Below, piece after piece: positions 62,773 through 64,000 of a stretch of DNA of 64,000 nucleotides. The number at the start of each line of letters is the position of its first letter. Position 1 is the first letter of the stretch. The stretch lies in NCBI RefSeq assembly GCF_018977255.1, contig NW_024704742.1:106022001-106086000 (forward strand), written 5' to 3'. The notes beneath the pieces were generated by a model that worked only from the letters and a program-made list of their open reading frames with translations, ran no database searches and was not told the origin of the DNA. Position numbers and translations under genes: made by a program. The stretch comes from Callorhinchus milii. Taxonomy: Eukaryota.

Positions 62773-63334
62773 TTGGGCTGAATGGCCTCCTCCGTTCCTA
62801 TTTTCCTATCTATGCCAGCTGTGTGTTGGATCTTGCATGTGGGTATCTGGATACTTTGTTTGGTGAGTGCCAGACTCAGTTGGTCATGGGTTTGAATCCC
62901 AAATGGATTCATTCAGCTTTTCATCCTTCCTCTGAAAAAACACATGAAAAAAATCAATAAAAGAAGTGTCATGTCTTTGCATGTGGAGAAGGCAGAGTGC
63001 TCTTGCTGTGTTTGCTGTTCAGCTATCTATAAGAGGAACAGTACTGTATCCACAGGCTTCTGTGCCAAGTGGAGACTCACTTTTCTGAGTAATCTCTTAT
63101 GACTCCATGCAAGAGTTTCTTCCCAGACTATGTTCAGCCTAATAAAGTAGCATAAATAAGACGCCTTTGGATCTGAATGAGCAGTGTTGAAATAAATTCA
63201 CTTGCAGTGAGCAGTGCTGAAATAAGTGGCACTTTTGGAGGATGGAGGTAAAATGTAGTTAGACTCCAATCAATGTAAGCATTGGCATCAGAATAGGTTA
63301 GATCGAGGTCAGCCTAAATCGTTCCCATAACAAG

Positions 63335-63610
63335 GTCTGCAAGCCCATCATCCTTGCCAGGCTACACTGGCTCCCTATTCCCCAGTGGTTGGCTTTAAGA
63401 ACCTCATTCTTGCTATCAAATGTCCGAGCATGGCAAAAGCATTGATCTTTGCCCCACGATACTTCTGCAAACTTCTGTGGTCCTACTGCCCCATCTGCTC
63501 TCTTTGTTTGCCAATTCTGGTTTGCTCCATGTTCCCCATCCTTCCATCCAACCATTGGTGGGTGAGCCTTCAGCTACCTTGGTGCACTCTCTGGAATTCT
63601 TTCCTCAAAT
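63335..63610 (+). mobile_element. Old L2 3' fragment
   Basis: PILARLHWLPIP..FKNLIL, SGLLHVP, LWNS remnants. Confidence 0.7.
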
Positions 63611-64000
63611 ACTCTGCAGGAAGGGCACTATATCTCTCTCATTTTACATTTTAATGTCCTGCAGCTTTGTGGTTAGTGCACTATTCGCTCACTGAAATAG
63701 TGTTTGCGTAGATTTGTTCTGAATTTACCTCCTTTAATCGCAGGCTGTGTCCTCTGGTTTTTTAATATTCTAGACAAGTTGAAACAGCCTGTCATGATCT
63801 GTATTGTCTTGCCCCTTTAGAATCTTAAAGACAGCAATCATGTCCTATACACTATGTCTCCTACCCCAGCTCACCAAACCATGGAAAGGTGTTATAGAAG
63901 TTCATTGTTGTTGAGGTTCAAAGAATAGCAACCAATACAGTTTATTCATTCATACACAATGCCCCAATGCATTTGTGACCCTCACAGTCTTGGCATGTAT

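Noticed and set aside
62872..62935. Possible MetaSINE-like fragment (ATTCAGCTTTTCATCCTTCC)
   Set aside because: Too short and diverged to support.

Overview
This is an AT-rich, repeat-dense vertebrate intronic or intergenic window. The repeat content (L2 and CR1 LINEs, SacSINE1-like DeuSINEs, a Penelope-type hammerhead remnant) points to a cartilaginous fish, possibly a chimaera; that assignment is inference. I recognise no host protein-coding exon, and every long ORF is transposon-derived or low-complexity. Main contents: (1) a young L2 LINE family, with one ~2.8 kb copy carrying EN+RT (12.9-15.7 kb, minus strand) and several 5'-truncated copies ending in (TTG)n; (2) a modular SINE system in which at least three different 5' heads share a DeuSINE-derived 3' half and an L2-type terminal stem-loop; (3) many old CR1/L2 fragments; (4) three separate, heavily decayed Harbinger (HARBI1-like) transposase fossils not obvious from the ORF track; (5) two old SINE-like families I cannot name, a recurrent GTGATAATTATCAC palindrome family, a 202-bp local inverted duplication, and palindromes made of fused inverted retroelement tails. 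All homology calls come from reading motifs by eye, and the boundaries of old elements are approximate.
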